Shown here piece by piece: positions 61,794 to 64,000 of a stretch of DNA of 64,000 nt (positions within the stretch are counted from its first letter, which is position 1; every line of letters begins with the position of its first letter). Source of the DNA: a virus; IMG/VR virus record IMGVR_UViG_3300031857_000025; one strand, given 5' to 3'. Under the pieces are notes generated by a model, which was not told where the DNA came from, did no database searches, and saw only the letters and a program-made list of their open reading frames with translations. The position numbers and the translations under genes were made by a program.

Positions 61794-62949
61794 ATCTAAT
61801 TTGCGATATCTTAAAACATGTATTCCATCTATACGCAAAAACGCATACAGAGAGGATCATGATATCATTGTATTTGTTGATAGCGACGAGGATGGTACAA
61901 TAGAATGGCTAGATTCCATTAAAGACGAATATAACGTAAAATATTTTGTCAACCCAGAATTAGGTAAACGACTTTATGGCATCGGTAAGGCCTATGATTT
62001 TTGTATTGAGCAATCTATAACAGATGTCTTTATGATATTTCATGCTGATATGATGTTAGGTAAAAATGCAGACTATCTAGCATTCAAGCATCTCAAAGAA
62101 AAAACCGTAGTTTGTTCAACACGTGTTGAGCCGCCAATACATCCTAATAACGGTGAAAAAATCTTAATGGATTTTGGTATGTGGCCAGAAGAGTTTGATG
62201 CAAAAGAGTTTGACGAATTTACGGAACTGCATAAACATAACAATAAAACTACTGACGGTATATTTGCACCATGGATGATGTATAAAACAGATTTCATATC
62301 GCTAGGCGGCCATGATGCAATACTAAAGTCATGCAGAGAAGACTCAGATGTATTTAATAGAATGAAACTTGCTGGATATACATTTATTCAGCCATGGAAT
62401 TCTTTAGTGTATCATTTAACGGGACGCGGAGCTGGTAGTTTTGATGGTGATACGACTAGGCATGAAGCTTGGAAAAAGGAAATGAATAATTCAACTAAGG
62501 AATTTATACGTAAATGGGGATCTAATGTAAATCATACACCATTAATGCATCCTATAGTATCTAAAAAACGTAATATTGCATTTGTAATGAAAAATGGTAA
62601 TTTGCCATTATTAGAGGCATTAGAACCATGGTGTGATAGGATTTATGTAGATGAGCGATTTGCTATTGGCAAAGCCTATGACTATATTGAAATGGGACAA
62701 GAAAATACATCCTATGATTTACGTAAACGAGTATTAATGATAAATGAAAATGATCCAGAAGGAGAGAATGATGTAGTTGTAGTGTTTGACGGTAATCATG
62801 TTACCCAGCAAACATTCGAACTGCTGCAGCGTATGTCAGATATTATAACAGGTACAAATGATACCGGAGAATTTGAAATTGACTGTTTAACTATAATAGT
62901 CAATAGTTTAGAAACATATGAACATAATTTAATTAAAGTAGAAAAATGA
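61762..62949 (+). CDS. GT2 glycosyltransferase with extra C-terminal domain (paralog of 52929)
   Basis: ITFCIPS..NL.YLK, DGT.EWL, IFHADM, GG.D, EDSD.F.R, VYH, F.RKWG. Confidence 0.82.
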   Translation: MEKITFCIPSKSNLRYLKTCIPSIRKNAYREDHDIIVFVDSDEDGTIEWLDSIKDEYNVKYFVNPELGKRLYGIGKAYDFCIEQSITDVFMIFHADMMLGKNADYLAFKHLKEKTVVCSTRVEPPIHPNNGEKILMDFGMWPEEFDAKEFDEFTELHKHNNKTTDGIFAPWMMYKTDFISLGGHDAILKSCREDSDVFNRMKLAGYTFIQPWNSLVYHLTGRGAGSFDGDTTRHEAWKKEMNNSTKEFIRKWGSNVNHTPLMHPIVSKKRNIAFVMKNGNLPLLEALEPWCDRIYVDERFAIGKAYDYIEMGQENTSYDLRKRVLMINENDPEGENDVVVVFDGNHVTQQTFELLQRMSDIITGTNDTGEFEIDCLTIIVNSLETYEHNLIKVEK

Positions 62950-63854
62950 AACATGCAGTAATTGGCGGTGCAGGATTTATCGGACACCACATTGTTAACA
63001 AATTAATCGAACGAGGTGATGAGGTTATCGTAATTGATAATTTATCAACTGGATATTTAGCGAATGTACATGAAAAGGCACGTTTTCATCAATTTGATAT
63101 TATCGACGAAGTAGCAGTAAAAGTTATATCAGATCTGCTGTATGGAGTAGATACTGTTTACTTAACTGCTGCATTAGCTCGAGTACAACCATCTATAGAA
63201 CAGCCTATATTATTCAATGAAACTAACGTAACTGGCATGTTACGTGTATTAGAAGCATGTCGTACGGCACAAGTACGTCGTGTAGTCTTTTCATCGTCTA
63301 GTAGCGTTTATGGTGAAACGATAGTATATCCAACGCCGGAACATACTCCGGTTAATCCACTTAGTCCATATGCATTGCAAAAGTTTATTGGAGAACATTA
63401 TTGTAGACTATATAGTCAAATATATAATCTAGATACAGTATCATTACGCTATTTTAATGTATATGGTAATGGCATGCCATTAGAAGGGGCATATCGCTCC
63501 GTATTAAGTATCTTTGGTAATCAATATAAGAATGATCAGCCATTAACGTATACAAACGACGGATGTCAGTCTCGAGATTTTGTGCATGTGCATGATGTAG
63601 CTGATATTAATATACTTCTAGGAGATTATCATGAACCAATAATGGGGGACGTATATAATGTTGGTACTGGATATGATTATTCAGTAAATCAGATCATGGA
63701 TATGTTTGGTAGCCCTCGACAGTTCCTAGAAAATCGAATAGAACCTATACGTACATTAGCTGATATAAGTAAATTACAAGCAAAGTTCGGATGGGAACCT
63801 ACTGGTAGTTTAGCCGCCTTTATCGAACAGTATAAGAAAGATCTTAAATCATAA
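62946..63854 (+). CDS. NAD-dependent NDP-sugar epimerase/dehydratase
   Basis: GGAGFIG, IDNLSTG, SSSSVYG, SPYALQK (YxxxK), LRYFNVYG, RDFVHV.D. Confidence 0.92.
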   Translation: MKHAVIGGAGFIGHHIVNKLIERGDEVIVIDNLSTGYLANVHEKARFHQFDIIDEVAVKVISDLLYGVDTVYLTAALARVQPSIEQPILFNETNVTGMLRVLEACRTAQVRRVVFSSSSSVYGETIVYPTPEHTPVNPLSPYALQKFIGEHYCRLYSQIYNLDTVSLRYFNVYGNGMPLEGAYRSVLSIFGNQYKNDQPLTYTNDGCQSRDFVHVHDVADINILLGDYHEPIMGDVYNVGTGYDYSVNQIMDMFGSPRQFLENRIEPIRTLADISKLQAKFGWEPTGSLAAFIEQYKKDLKS

Positions 63855-63871
63855 GTAATATTTATTATAGA

Positions 63872-64000
63872 ATGAACTACTATATTTTATTCCCGGATGA
63901 CGCTCCGGAAGATGTTATAAAAGACACTAACCAGTTAGGTGAAGATAATGGTTTCGGAGTGTTCTGGGCAGGAACAGGTTTTCGTATACTACAAAAGCTA
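63872..64000 (+). CDS. 3'-truncated hypothetical protein
   Basis: ATG after ATATTTATT (63858); MNYYILFPDDAPEDVIKDTNQLGEDNGFGVFWAG... stays open to the window end. Confidence 0.6.
   Translation, partial: MNYYILFPDDAPEDVIKDTNQLGEDNGFGVFWAGTGFRILQKL

Noticed and set aside
49037-63854. Bacterial LPS/capsule locus, implying a prophage boundary or chimeric contig
   Set aside because: The same phage promoter motifs occur before, inside and after it (48997, 52284, 63858). There are no transport or polymerase genes and no integrase or att site.

Overview
The window is part of the genome of a large, AT-rich, lytic myovirus with T4-like modules. Every credible gene is on the + strand in standard code 11. 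I saw no integrase, tRNA, CRISPR array, intron or intein. Layout: (1) 1-22.0 kb, virion tail genes: three tandem Gly-rich proteins, a 1198-aa fibre, neck/terminator, sheath, tube, a probably frameshifted tail chaperone, tape measure and baseplate. (2) 22.0-34.3 kb: a short family-A DNA polymerase, ferritin, a PD-(D/E)xK-like protein, small LIREE-leader proteins, SSB, RecA/UvsX, 5'-3' exonuclease, helicase and class II RNR. (3) 34.4-49.0 kb: 7-deazaguanine DNA-modification genes (queD, queE, folE, a DpdA/TGT-like transglycosylase with a coupled GT-B glycosyltransferase and a small unknown ORF, plus hpt), interleaved with PolB, sliding clamp, clamp loader, dUTPase and GroES/GroEL. (4) 49.0-63.9 kb: a glycan cassette of about ten glycosyltransferases, three methyltransferases, an NDP-heptose pathway and an epimerase. 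Main hypotheses: a clamp-coupled, possibly glycosylated 7-deazaguanine DNA modification (DpdA and PolB share a C-terminal PIP-box-like motif); phage-made heptose glycans that may decorate [S/T]-[G/A/S]-S-rich virion proteins; two promoter classes, one apparently producing leaderless mRNAs; and a +1/-2 frameshift at a U7 run. All protein calls rest on motif recognition by eye; no database searches were run.
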